NCBI RefSeq assembly: GCF_964204645.1
Contig: NC_134036.1
Location: forward strand, 4,370,600-4,434,599
Origin: Tubulanus polymorphus
Taxonomy: Eukaryota; Animalia; Nemertea
Reading direction: 5' to 3'
DNA length: 64,000 bases
In this document: positions 40,879-52,590 of the stretch, one piece after another
Layout of the letters: every line of letters begins with the position of its first letter
Position numbering within the stretch: the stretch's first letter is position 1
Translations under genes and position numbers: made by a program
The notes under the pieces: generated by a model
What the model was told of the DNA's origin: nothing
Database searches by the model: none
The model's input: only the letters and a program-made list of their open reading frames with translations

Positions 40879-43562
40879 TAACATATATCGTCGGGAGTGA
40901 ACTCACAGCTCTAGCAAACATTTCGAACTGAATTTTCCTTTTTTCTCTCGCGGGTTTTTATCGTGTCGTTTGAACCGAGTATATAATGTTTCGTCAACAT
41001 TATCACATACGGATAACGCTGTTCCGGAGTAAGGTAAAGCGTGATTCCGGTCGAATGGTGCGCGACGGAAGTGTTTTCCGGAATCCCGTATAGACACCGA
41101 TCGAAACCTATGATAATATCACCACTCATTTCCAAATTCAGTATTTTTTTTCTTAGATAAACGTATAATGCCCGTCCGACCAACGTGCGAAGCGAAGACC
41201 AACAACGTAGTTTCAGATATTTTGCGACTTCTCCAAAATATCTCAAAAATAGAACGAACTTGCTGTCCCTATGTCTTCAAACATGTATATTGACGAATGA
41301 CAATTTCGAAAATTCTTGAAACTTTTAATAAGCCGAAATTTCAACCTACTCGAAGCCCCGCTCGTGGGCTATCGCTGCTATGAGCTTAAGGAGGTCTCGA
41401 CATTTACAGATAAGACCGACAAGGTAGGATAGCGCTACGCGCAGATGCTGCACCACCACGGGCTCCGTATTGCTCGGAACGCCATGCAGCTGCAGCAGCA
41501 GCGGTTCGGATATACGCGCGCCGAGTGATTTATGATGCATATTATCGGCGACAATATTAATGCGACGAGGCCTCATAAATCTGCCGATTGCAGCCCTCCC
41601 AGGAGAGCCATGCCTATGTGCGCATAGACGCATAGATAGCACTGTCATAGAAACCATTGCGCCGATGTATACGATATCGCGATATGTCTTTCTTTCTCCG
41701 TCGCGTTGCCCCACTATCGGAACCTACCTAGGAACCTAAAGGCGACGGTATCAAATACAAAACCCACAGTAGATTCGTAGAAAACGTTATTTTTCTAACA
41801 GATTCGAGGTTACTTCTAAACCCCATCACAAGAGAAGCTAAAATGATACAATAATGAATTACAGTAATTCAGATTATAGCGGTTACCGAGGAAGGGAACC
41901 AGGAGCTAAATTAGATAAATGAAAAAAAAATAAAAGCGAAGGTATATTTCGAATCGCGATAGGTTCTAAACAAATGTCCGTCTAAAGTCGATAAGTCGAC
42001 GAACCCACAGTAAGGAGACAATTTCTGTTTTGAAAATGGCTCAGAGAATTGAGTGAGAAACGTTAAACTATCTATTTAGGTTATTCTTCTTCGGTGGGAA
42101 ATATCAACTCAGGTCATTCCTTGTTCAAAACATCATCAACGACGTCACGAACTGAATATAATTTGGCAAACATTTTGTGTGCCAATGAAATGAATAGATT
42201 TTCTAACTATACAAGCAGTAGATATCGGAATTGATGAATTCGGGGAAGTACGATAAATCGGGGTTCAATATTATGTTTGAAACAATAGGTTTGAAGCTAT
42301 TTGTTTATAGTATACAGTTTTTATACCTGTTAATATTTTTTCCGTAACTTGGTACGCATTTTCTTTTGCTGTTTCATTGGCAATAGTCTTGTCTGATTAT
42401 GGTGTATAAAAACAATAAACTTAAGTTCGATTATCTATAATCGATGCTACGCGACGTAAACGTTGCTATAGCGGACCTGACGGTTGGATACAGTATGCCC
42501 CCGTTAGTATCGAAGCACCTCGGCGTCGATTAGAATTTAGAAACGACAATTGTATAGTATAGTAACGCGTGACGACCGTATCGACGCGTGCCTCGGCGAA
42601 GAGTTGACGAGAGTCGAAGTCAAGAATCGATCATTTCCCTATAAGTGACGCCGCTCAATTCTGGACCCAGTTCAACGGCGGTTTTAAATCACACGACTTG
42701 CCTGAAGTTGTTAGATTTGTTTTAGAAGTAATACGCTCTTAGAACGGTCTTAAATCTAAGCCTTGACGACCGTGCAACTGATGGTCCCTTAGCTCGTGTT
42801 TTACAGTCGCGATATGAGTCTTAAAGTCACCTTAAATCATAAGACAGAGAGATCTTCTTAAGTTGTCGTAGATCGACTATAAAACCTAGATGGTCTGCGA
42901 CCTTAGCCACGTCACCGTGCACGGACCCAGTAACGTAGTCGCCACGCAAATCGTCATACATCATAATGACTGGTCGATTAGCAATATACGTTAGATAGTC
43001 TAAGATTGGTCATGAACCTAGGTGACCACGATAAAACTACTGATCCCATGACCTCGTAACCTTCTTTCAAGGCTTAACCGATTAGTTCATTCCAAGTTTA
43101 AAAACCAGATAAAAGTTTGAACCCAGATGAATTTATTCCTTCTCAAATGTAAGATCAAATACTATCTAAGTTCTACATCAAAGCAAACACATTAAGACCA
43201 ATCTTAAGGCGGGCGTAGGTCGGCCTTGCGACGGCTTGCGACTCATTGCGACGCAATTCATTACGACCGCCAGCGACGATCGCAACTAGGCGCACACAGT
43301 CGCCGATAATCGCGTGCAACCGACTAATGCCCCCACTTGCGACGCAACGCGACGATCGCATCGCGTCGCAAGGCCCACCTACGCCCGGCTTTAAAGTAAC
43401 CTTAAATCATAAGACAAAGAGGTATTCATAAGTTGTCATAGATTGACTATAAAACAAAGATGGTCTACGACCTTAGCCGCGCGACCGTGCACGGACCCAG
43501 TAACGTAGTCGCCACGCAACTCGTCATACATCATAATGACTGGTCGATTAGCAATATAGATA

Positions 43563-44209
43563 GCGCGGTTGCGCCACCGCGTGGGATTTACGCGAAGCAG
43601 CAGAACACAAACATGGCCACTCTCTCAATTTTCAATGATAGAAATCGTGTGTGCATTTCAATTATTTCGACTGTTTGGGTTTTAAGGAACAATATAAGTT
43701 GATGATGTGATATGGCGATTTTAATTAATGATAATTCCGCGGTGAAGCTAATCACGAACGGTGCCGATTGAGTGTACAGCTGCCAAAAACACTGAAATGT
43801 GCGTAGTTGCGTAACTATTTGCAGTGAATTGCAGACGAAACATGAAGCCTTAACGGCCGTTTTGAAAAAAATTATACCAATCGCAATTCTAAAATAAAAA
43901 TGAGATAGAACCTAAGTTGAAATTCTGGCCATTTCTAAAATGTTATTACTAATTTTTAGTCAGTGCGGAACGTTTAGTTTTCCAACAATAATGAGGGGTG
44001 GTAGGTAGTCATGTAATTCAAGTCATCATTTATTACACGTTAATTCCGTGTTGTTGAAAAGCTCGCGAGTCCTGGACCAAACCCCAATGAACAATGTGAT
44101 CTGTGTGCTGGCAACAAATGCACACAGATCACACTACACTACCCATTACACACTCCAGTACCCACAGCTTTCATATATCCATCCAAATATTTAGTGTCTT
44201 TCTTCCTGG
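43563..44209 (+). mobile_element. CTRG-targeting hairpin element, copy A (5' junction deleted)
   Basis: Homologous to 47458-48122 and 55920-56595. Ends CTGG|GTGACC where empty modules read CTAG|GTGACC. Confidence 0.9.
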
Positions 44210-47200
44210 GTGACCACGATACAACTACTGACCCCATGACCTCGTAACCTTCTCTCAAGGCTTAACCGATTAGCTCATTCCAAGTTTAAAAACCAGATAA
44301 TAGTTTGAACCCAGATGAACTTATTCCTTCTCGAATGTAAGATCAAAGACCGGGGCACTTATATCCTCGATACCAGCGTTTTTCAGACACGTTTTGTGTA
44401 GATCTAAGACCTCAAACTTCATCATAGCACATCTAACAACTTAAAACCTTAAGGCGGGCGTAGGTCGGCCTTGCGACGGCTTGCGACTCATTGCGACGCG
44501 ATTTACTGCGACCGCCAGCGACGATCGCAACTAGGCGCACACAGTCGCCGATAATCGAGTGCAACCGACTTATTCCCCCACTTGCGACGCCACGCGACGA
44601 TCGCATCGCGTCGCAAGGCCGACCTACGCCCAGCTTTAGGATTTAGGGGCACTTATATCCTCGATGCCAGCGTTTTTCAGACACGTTTTATGTAGATTTA
44701 AGACCTCAAACTTCAACATAGCACATCTAACAACTTAAAACCTTAAGGCAGGGGTAGGTCGGCCTTGCGACGGCTTGCGACTCACTGCGACCGCCAGCGA
44801 CGATCGCGTCGCAACGACTCACCGACTCAACGACTCAACGATGTTACTGGTGACTATTGTCCTCAGAGTTTCTTTATTTAGGTACAACACAAGCAACACT
44901 GGAACTGTGGGTAACCCATATAGAAAATGCGGAACAGAATCGTATGTAGAACACGAGCCCACGTGACCGTGGAACTGGATCCCGAGTTGAAATGAACCCA
45001 AAAAACTGTGGAACTGGTTACGGAGTCAAAAAATACCCACGCAACTGCTGAACTGGATTCAGAGTCAATCATCACGCAACTACTGTGGAACTGGATCCAA
45101 CTAGTCGCACACAGTCGCTGACAACCGCATCGCAACCGACTTGCGCGGCCACTTGTGACGCAATGCGACGATCGCGTCGCGTCGCAAGGCCGACCTACGC
45201 CTGGCTTTAAAGTCACCTAAAATCATAACACAAAGAGGTACTCTTAAGTTGTCGTAGATTGACGATAAAACCAAGATGGTCTACGACCTTAGCCGCGCGA
45301 CCGCGCACGGACCCAGTAACGTAGTCGCCACGCAAGTCGCCATACATCATAATGACTGGTCGATTAGCAATATCCGTTAGATCGTCCATGACTGATCATA
45401 AACCTAGGTGACCACGATATAATGACTGACCCCGACCTCGTAAACTTCTTTCAAGGCTCAACCGATTAGTTCATTCCAAGTTTAAAAACCCGATAAAAGT
45501 TTGAACCCAGATGAACTTATTCCTCCTCGAATGTAAGATCAAAGACTATCTAAGTTCTACAGCAAAGCAAACACATTAAGACCGGGTCACTTATATCCTC
45601 GATGCCAGCGTTTTTCAGACACGTTTTAGTTAGATTTAAGACCTCAAACTTCATCATAGCACATCTAACAACTTAAAACCTTAAGGCGGGCGTAGGTCGG
45701 CCTTGCGACGGCTTGCGACTCATTGCGACGCGATTCACTGCGATCGCCAGCGACGATCGCAACTAGGCGCACACAGTCGCCGATAATCGAGTGCAACCGA
45801 CTTATGCCCCCACTTGCGACGCCACGCGACGATCGCATCGCGTCGCAAGGCCCACCTACGCCCGGATTTAGGATTTAGGGGCACTTATATCCTCGATGCC
45901 AGCGTTTTTCAGACGTTTTATGTAGATTAAGACCCCAAAATTCACCATAGCACATCTAACAACTTAAAACCTTAAGGCGGGGGTAGGTCGGCCTTGCGAC
46001 GGCTTGCGACTCACTGCGACCGCCAGCGACGATCGCGTCGCAACGACTCAGCGACTCAACGACTCACCGTTACTGGTGACTGTGGTCTTCGGAGCTTCTT
46101 GATTTAGGTACAACACAAGCAACGCTGGAACTGTGGGTAACCCATATACAAAATGCGGAACAGAATCTTACGTAGAACACAAGCCCACGTAACCGTGGAA
46201 CTAGATCCCGAGTTGAAATGAACATAAAAAACTGTGGAACTGGTTACGGAGTCAAAAAATACCCGCGCAACTGCGGAACTGGATTCAGAGTCAATCATCA
46301 CGCAACTACTGTGGAACTGGATCCAACTAGTCGCACACAGTCGCTGACAACCGCATCGCAACCGACTTGCGCGGCCACTTGTGACGCAATGCGACGATCG
46401 CGTCGCGTCGCAAGGCCGACCTACGCCTGGCTTTAAAGTCACCTAAAATCATAACACAAAGAGGTCTTCTTAAGTTGTCGTAGATTGACTATAAAACTAA
46501 GAAGGTCTACGACCTTAGCCGCACGACCGCGCACGGACCCAGTAACGTAGTCGCCACGCAAATCGTCATACATCATAATGACTGGTCGATTAGCAATATC
46601 CGTTAGATCGTCCATGACTGGTCATAAACCTAGATGACCCCATTACCTCGTAAACTTCTTTCAAGGCTTAACCGATTAGTTCATTCCAAGTTTAAAAACC
46701 AGATAAAAGTTTGAACCCAGATGAACTTATTCCTTCTCGAATGTAAGATCAAAGACTATCTAAGTTCTACAGCAAAGCAAACACATTAAGACCGGGGCAC
46801 TTATATCCTCGATGCCAGCGTTTTTCAGACACGTTTAGTGTAGTTCTAAGACCTCAAACTTCATCATAGCACATCTAACAACTTAAAACCTTAAGGCGGG
46901 GGTAGGTCGGCCTTGCGACGGCTTGCGACTCACTGCGACCGCCAGCGACGATCGCGTCGCAACGACTCAGCGACTCAACGACTCACCGTTACTGGTGACT
47001 GTGGTCTTCGGAGCTTCTTGATTTAGGTACAACACAAGCAACGCTGGAACTGTGGGTAACCCATATACAAAATGCGGAACAGAATCTTACGTAGAACACA
47101 AGCCCACGTAACCGTGGAACTAGATCCCGAGTTGAAATGAACCCAAAAAACTGTGGAACTGGTTACGGAGTCAAATAATACCCACGCAACTGCGGAACTG

Positions 47201-47457
47201 GATTCGGAGTCAATCATCACGCAATTTCTGTGGAACTGGATCCAACTAGTCGCACACAGTCGCTGACAACCGCATCGCAACCGACTTGCGCGGCCACTTG
47301 TGACGCAATGCGACGATCGCGACGCGTCGCAAGGCCCACCTACGCCCGGCTTTAAAGTCACCTTAAATCATAACACAAAGAGGTATTCTTAAGTTGTCGT
47401 AGATTGACGATAAAACCAAGATAGTCTACGACCTTAGCAGCGCGACCGTGCACGGAC

Positions 47458-48122
47458 CCAGGAAGAAAGCCACTAAATATTTGGATGGATATATGAAAGC
47501 TGTGGGTACTGGAGTGTGTAATGGGTAGTGTAGTGTGATCTGTGTGCATTTGTGGCCAACACACAGATCACATTGTTCATTGGGGTTTGGTCCAGGACTC
47601 GCGAGATTTTCAACAACACGGAAGTAATGTGTAATAAATGATGACTTAAATTGCATGACTACCTACCACCCCTCATTATTGTTGGAAAACTAATCGTTCC
47701 GCACTGACTAAAAATTAGTAATAACATTTTAGAAATGGCCAGAATTTTAACTAAGGTTCTATCTCATTTTTATTTTACAATTGCGATTGGTATAAATTTT
47801 TTTTAAACGGCCGTTAAGGCATCATGTTTCGTCTGCAATTCACTGCAAATAGTTACGCAACTACGCACATTTCAGTGTTTTTGGCAGCTGTACACTCAAT
47901 CGGCACCGTTCGTGACTAGCTTCACCGCGGAATTATCATTAATTAACATCGCCATATCACATCATCAACTTATATTGTGCCTTAAAACCCTAACAGCCGA
48001 AATAATTGAAATGCACACACGATTTCTATCATTGAAAATTGAGAGAGTGGCCATGTTTGTGTTCTGCTGCTTCGCGTAAATCCCGCGCGGTTGCGCGACT
48101 GCGCGGAGTGGGGCCGATACGT
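47458..48122 (-). mobile_element. CTRG-targeting hairpin element, copy B (complete)
   Basis: GGAC-CCAG[gaag...gatacgt]CCAG-TAAC versus the empty site GGACCCAGTAAC. Confidence 0.92.
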
Positions 48123-49716
48123 CCAGTAACGTAGTCGCCTAGTAAGTCGTCATACATCATAATGACTGGTCGATTAGCAATATACGATAGATAGTCTAAG
48201 TTTGGTCATAAACCTAGGTGTCCACGATACAACTTCTGACCCCATGACCTCAAAACCTTCTTCCAAGGCTCAACCGATTAGTTCATTCCAAGTTTAAAAA
48301 CCAGATAAAAGTTTGAACCCAGATGAACTTATTCCTTCTCAAATGTAAGACCAAAGACTATCTAAGTTCTACAGCAAAGCAAACACATTAAGACCAATCT
48401 TAAGGCGGGCGTAGGTCGGCCTTGCGACGGCTTGCGACTCATTGCGACGCGATTCACTGCGACCGCCAGCGACGATCGCAACTAGGCGCACACAGTCGCC
48501 GATAATCGCGTGCAACCGACTTATGCCCCCACTTGCGACGCAACTCGACGATCGCATCGCGTCGCGAGGCCCACCTACGCCCGGCTTTTGGATTTAGGGG
48601 CACTTATATCCTCGATGCCAGCGTTTTTCAGACACGTTTTAGTTAGATTTAAGACCTCGAACTTCATCATAGCACATCTAACAACTTAAAACCTTAGTCT
48701 CAGCTTGATTCCACTTTTGGCCTCATGTCACACGACTGCACCCCAGTGCCCTAACTATGAACTCGCTCTGCCAGAAACTTTTATAGGCCCTTCACAGCCG
48801 AACTATACCATAAATAATGGTTTCCTGATGTAATTGCGAATTAAGTTTCACTCAAGGACGAATAAACGAGAAAATGGTAACGGAACGTGGCTGGTCATAT
48901 CAGTTTACAGCCGATTTTTTTTTAGAGCCGAATTCAGAGGCGAGAAACTAATGAGCTACGCCGTCGCAGTCTGATGATGGCGGTCAAAAATTAGAAATGA
49001 TATATCTAGCTATTTTCGTCCAGGAAACATCATAATGAATTACGCCCGATGAAAAAAATTTTGTTTACTTAAATTGGTATAAGTTCTTTTTTTTGCCCGG
49101 AGACCCCGGCGAACCAAAACTTTTCAACCAAGTTCGCAGCGAAAGGGTGAGAATGGCTTTGAGTTTGGGACGTTGAACTGTTCAAGCAAGCCGCGTGCTC
49201 GAGGGTAACATAGCCATCGTAATACTGAAAACAATCGACTCGATGCAGCAAATCTATGTATTATACATATAGACTATCAGACTATCAAATTCCGACAACG
49301 ACGTGGACCATCGAGGAAATTTCGTTATCGAATCGCGGCGTGGGTGGCCGTTTAATTAGATAATCTCCACTCGCGATAGATACTCGTCGCGGACGAGAGG
49401 TTGCTGCCCGTCTGAGGAGGTGCCGCGGATAGAATCGGCAAGCGGGACACAAAGGCGTAGCGATACACTAAATGAACCCCGTTACAACAAGTGTTATGCT
49501 CGTTATAACCGATACTATAGATTGTTTTAAGCTATTTCCTAAAATCATAAAAGTTCTTCTATTTGGGACAAATACCGAGGTGTGTAATTAACCTATGATA
49601 AATCGTGATAACCGAAATCGTTACTAAGAGGGGCCACTGTATATTTATGTTTTGGCGCCACTTTTTACGACGAGGTTAACCAACGCCTATGCCAAAATAC
49701 ATGCATACCGACCCTG

Positions 49717-50080
49717 CGTTACTGGTGACTATGGTCTTCAGAGTTTCTTGTTTTAGGTACAACACAAGCAACGCTGGAACTGTGGGTAGCCCATACACAG
49801 AATGAGGAAATGAATCTTGCGTAGAAAATGAGCCCACGTAACCGTTGAACTGGATCCCGAGTTGAAATGAACCCACAAAACCGTGGAACTGGTTCCGGAG
49901 TCAAATAATACCCACGCAACTGCGGAACTGGATTCAGAGTCAATCAAAACCCGCACAACTGCTGTGGAACTGGATCCAGAGACAAATTGAATTCACAAAA
50001 CGCTTTAACTAGGGCCCGAGAGACAAGTTAAACCCACACAACGGCGGAACTGGATTCAGCGTCAAATTAAACCCACACAA
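49717..50080 (+). repeat. Degenerate array of GTGGAACTGGATCC-containing units; donor of the segment captured in three MITEs
   Basis: 49717-49978 matches the inserts at ~44843-45099, 46068-46325 and 46987-47244. Confidence 0.85.
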
Positions 50081-50679
50081 AAAGAGACAACTGAAACCAC
50101 TGACAAATCAAAGTCATTATTTATACAGAATTGAGCACATTTCGTTCAATTCAAATATAGACGATGACTCATTTTTGAAACTATACCAACGCGCGTCTAT
50201 TAGACGACGCATCGATTCGATCCTATTAAAGAACCACGACGAGAGCGGGTTTGTTACACGCACGCGCAGACGGCGAATAACCCGCGGTCATAGTCGATAC
50301 TGAAACATTTATCCGATCATTTGTAGAGTTTAATCACCGGGTAAACCCTGCCTACGGGCATCGGCGCCGTGACACCGAGCATCGATAGACAAAAACTAAA
50401 AATGTCAACCGTTATTTAAACTTTTCTCGAATATGTGTACGCAATTTATCTGTCACTCTGCGCGTTGTTGGTCGTCGATTCGGTAAAGCTAAACATTAAA
50501 TTGATCGGTCTCCGCTTAGGTATTTGTTAAATGCCCCGTTAACTAATACGGCTATGTTTAACGATACATTATATAGATTTTATATTTGAACCTTTTCGGG
50601 TAGTCGGTCCTTCAATTCTGTATCAGCATTGAACTAATCCCCTCCAATGAAACCTACCACTAACCTAATGGAGTAATAA

Positions 50680-50786
50680 TACCTCACAATCGTGAGTTAG
50701 AGTTAACTCCGAGTTAAAATTAGTTAATTTTCAATGAGTTAACTGTGGTAATGTCTTAACTCACAATATTGTGGAACTGGATCCAG
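50680..50786. mobile_element. Short palindromic MITE of the ...GTGGAACTGGATCCAG family
   Basis: GTGAGTTA...TAACTCAC arms. Relatives at ~21487-21563, 34948-35030 and 59503-59614. Confidence 0.65.
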
Positions 50787-52117
50787 TCCAATTACTCAAA
50801 GTACCAACAGGGGCGCACGGTTAGGAAATCAGTCAGTCAGTACTCTACAGGCACTAGAGTGGCCGGAATGGCCGCGCTCTGATACTCTGACGTGTATGGA
50901 CTAATAACTTATCATCATTCTAGGCATTGTCTCTCATCATTGCGAAATCATTGATCAACGATGTTTGTATATATACAATGTACGCTTATCCGTATACACA
51001 GTTTAGTAACTAGATATCTTTGTGTCTGTTGAATATAAACGACCACGCCCGTCTCTCAAATATACCAGAAAGCGGCAGTTGATAATACGATCCCCGCACG
51101 CGCGCTTCAAACGTATCTTATTAATCAAACAAGTAGCAAAATCGCGACAACGAACGAACACAAAGAAGCGACGCGACTGTCGACCGAGCAAAAGTAAAAT
51201 CATTGCAATGTTGTTTTTTTTCTCATTTAAGTAAAAACAGAGCGGCCAATTTCACTTTTCTGTAAGGATCATTATTGAATTATGGAAAAAATTGTTCGGT
51301 GTAAACTATTGGTATTAAACTATGGCGTAAGACCCTCGGGATTAATATCAATCATAGCTCTATTTCTATTTTCCTTTAATACGGAACAGGTCGGCCAATT
51401 TCTGGGCTTCTGCGATACCAGCAACTAACAAGTTGACTTTTTGTAACGAGAATTTTCGTGGAAATATGAAAAAATGGTATAAGTCCGTCGATAACATTAA
51501 TCATATATTTCTGTACACATCAAACAGAAGTCAAATTGATCGGAAATGGGGAAGGAAATGATGCGCTCGTGGTCGGGCTCGTATTTAAAAGCTACTTTGC
51601 ACACCGGGGCTTTCTTAGCTATGGAATGAACGTCCGAACAATCTGGAAATGGCTGAAAGTTGTAACACCTTGCCCGGCGACGACTTTCAAATGAATATAC
51701 TGGTAAATCATCATCCTTTCGTAGACGTATACGAAAGACCAGCGAAATACGAAAAAGCACTGCTATTGTCAGAACTAACGATACAACTAGAATTTGAAGT
51801 ATTCATCGATGGACCTTCGATCCATTAAAAATGCACATCTATGACTTGATTAGGGGCAGCGGTTAAAAGAACCAACGTTAAGGCCAACTAAAAAGCATTG
51901 GCATCAGACATCATCCTGGACTTCGAATTACAAAAAAAGAAATTGCTTGAATGCGAGAAAAGAACCGACGTTTAAAAGGCGCATCATTTTTCATGGGTTC
52001 GGCCAAAAAGCGCTAGCGAGAGAGGGCTCATACACAGGCGCGTCTAGCGCATATCAAAGCTGCAACACTCTTGGAAAATGATATACTATTCAAACGATAC
52101 GATAAAAGCTAAAATAT

Positions 52118-52590
52118 AGGACCAGTTGCACGGTCGGGGCTTAGATTTATGACCGCAGTTATACGGCTGATCTAGCACAATTAAAACCAGTCCCAGACCA
52201 GCTATAGCCGAACTAACAACTCAAGACCAGTCTTAGCTGATACTTATACTAAATCCAAACTAAAAAACCCAGACTTATCTAAGCCCGTTTTGTTTATATA
52301 TGCAAATCCTACAGCGTAGGACTTAGTCAAAGCTAATTTTTAGCCAGAATTCTTACAATTCAATACCGGTCAACGCTCAATTCGTTCGATAGCCAATCTA
52401 ACCAATCGACTGCCCATTTTTCCTATAACCATTCTGAAAACTGACGACCATTGTAAGCTCATTTTTTTATCTTTCATGATAAGTCAATGCTCATTTTTAC
52501 CCATAGCCAATCTAACAAAAATGAAGTGAAGTCTTAAGATTCGCGAGCGCTTAAATTAAAAAGTAAGACACGACTAGTGCAACTGATCCC
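52118..52590. mobile_element. MITE with GGACCAGTTGCAC / GTGCAACTGATCC termini
   Basis: Inverted ends. Related fragments at ~6200-6350, 7470-7720 and 42660-42790. Confidence 0.6.

Larger units (their letters stand above)
42822..48696 (+). repeat. Complex tandem array of module X (~380 bp), module Y (~105 bp) and seven Harbinger-like MITEs
   Basis: MITEs at 43207-43390, 44452-44635, 44746-45206, 45684-45867, 45975-46432, 46894-47351 and 48403-48586. X starts at ~42824, 43394, 45210, 46436 and 47355. Confidence 0.95.

Noticed and set aside
44878-47361. Three near-identical 112-aa ORFs
   Set aside because: They are chimeras of MITE TIR and captured repeat sequence, with non-ATG starts.
49069-49251. 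Possible minus-strand exon after a TTTTCAG acceptor at ~49226
   Set aside because: No strong in-frame donor and no recognisable product.
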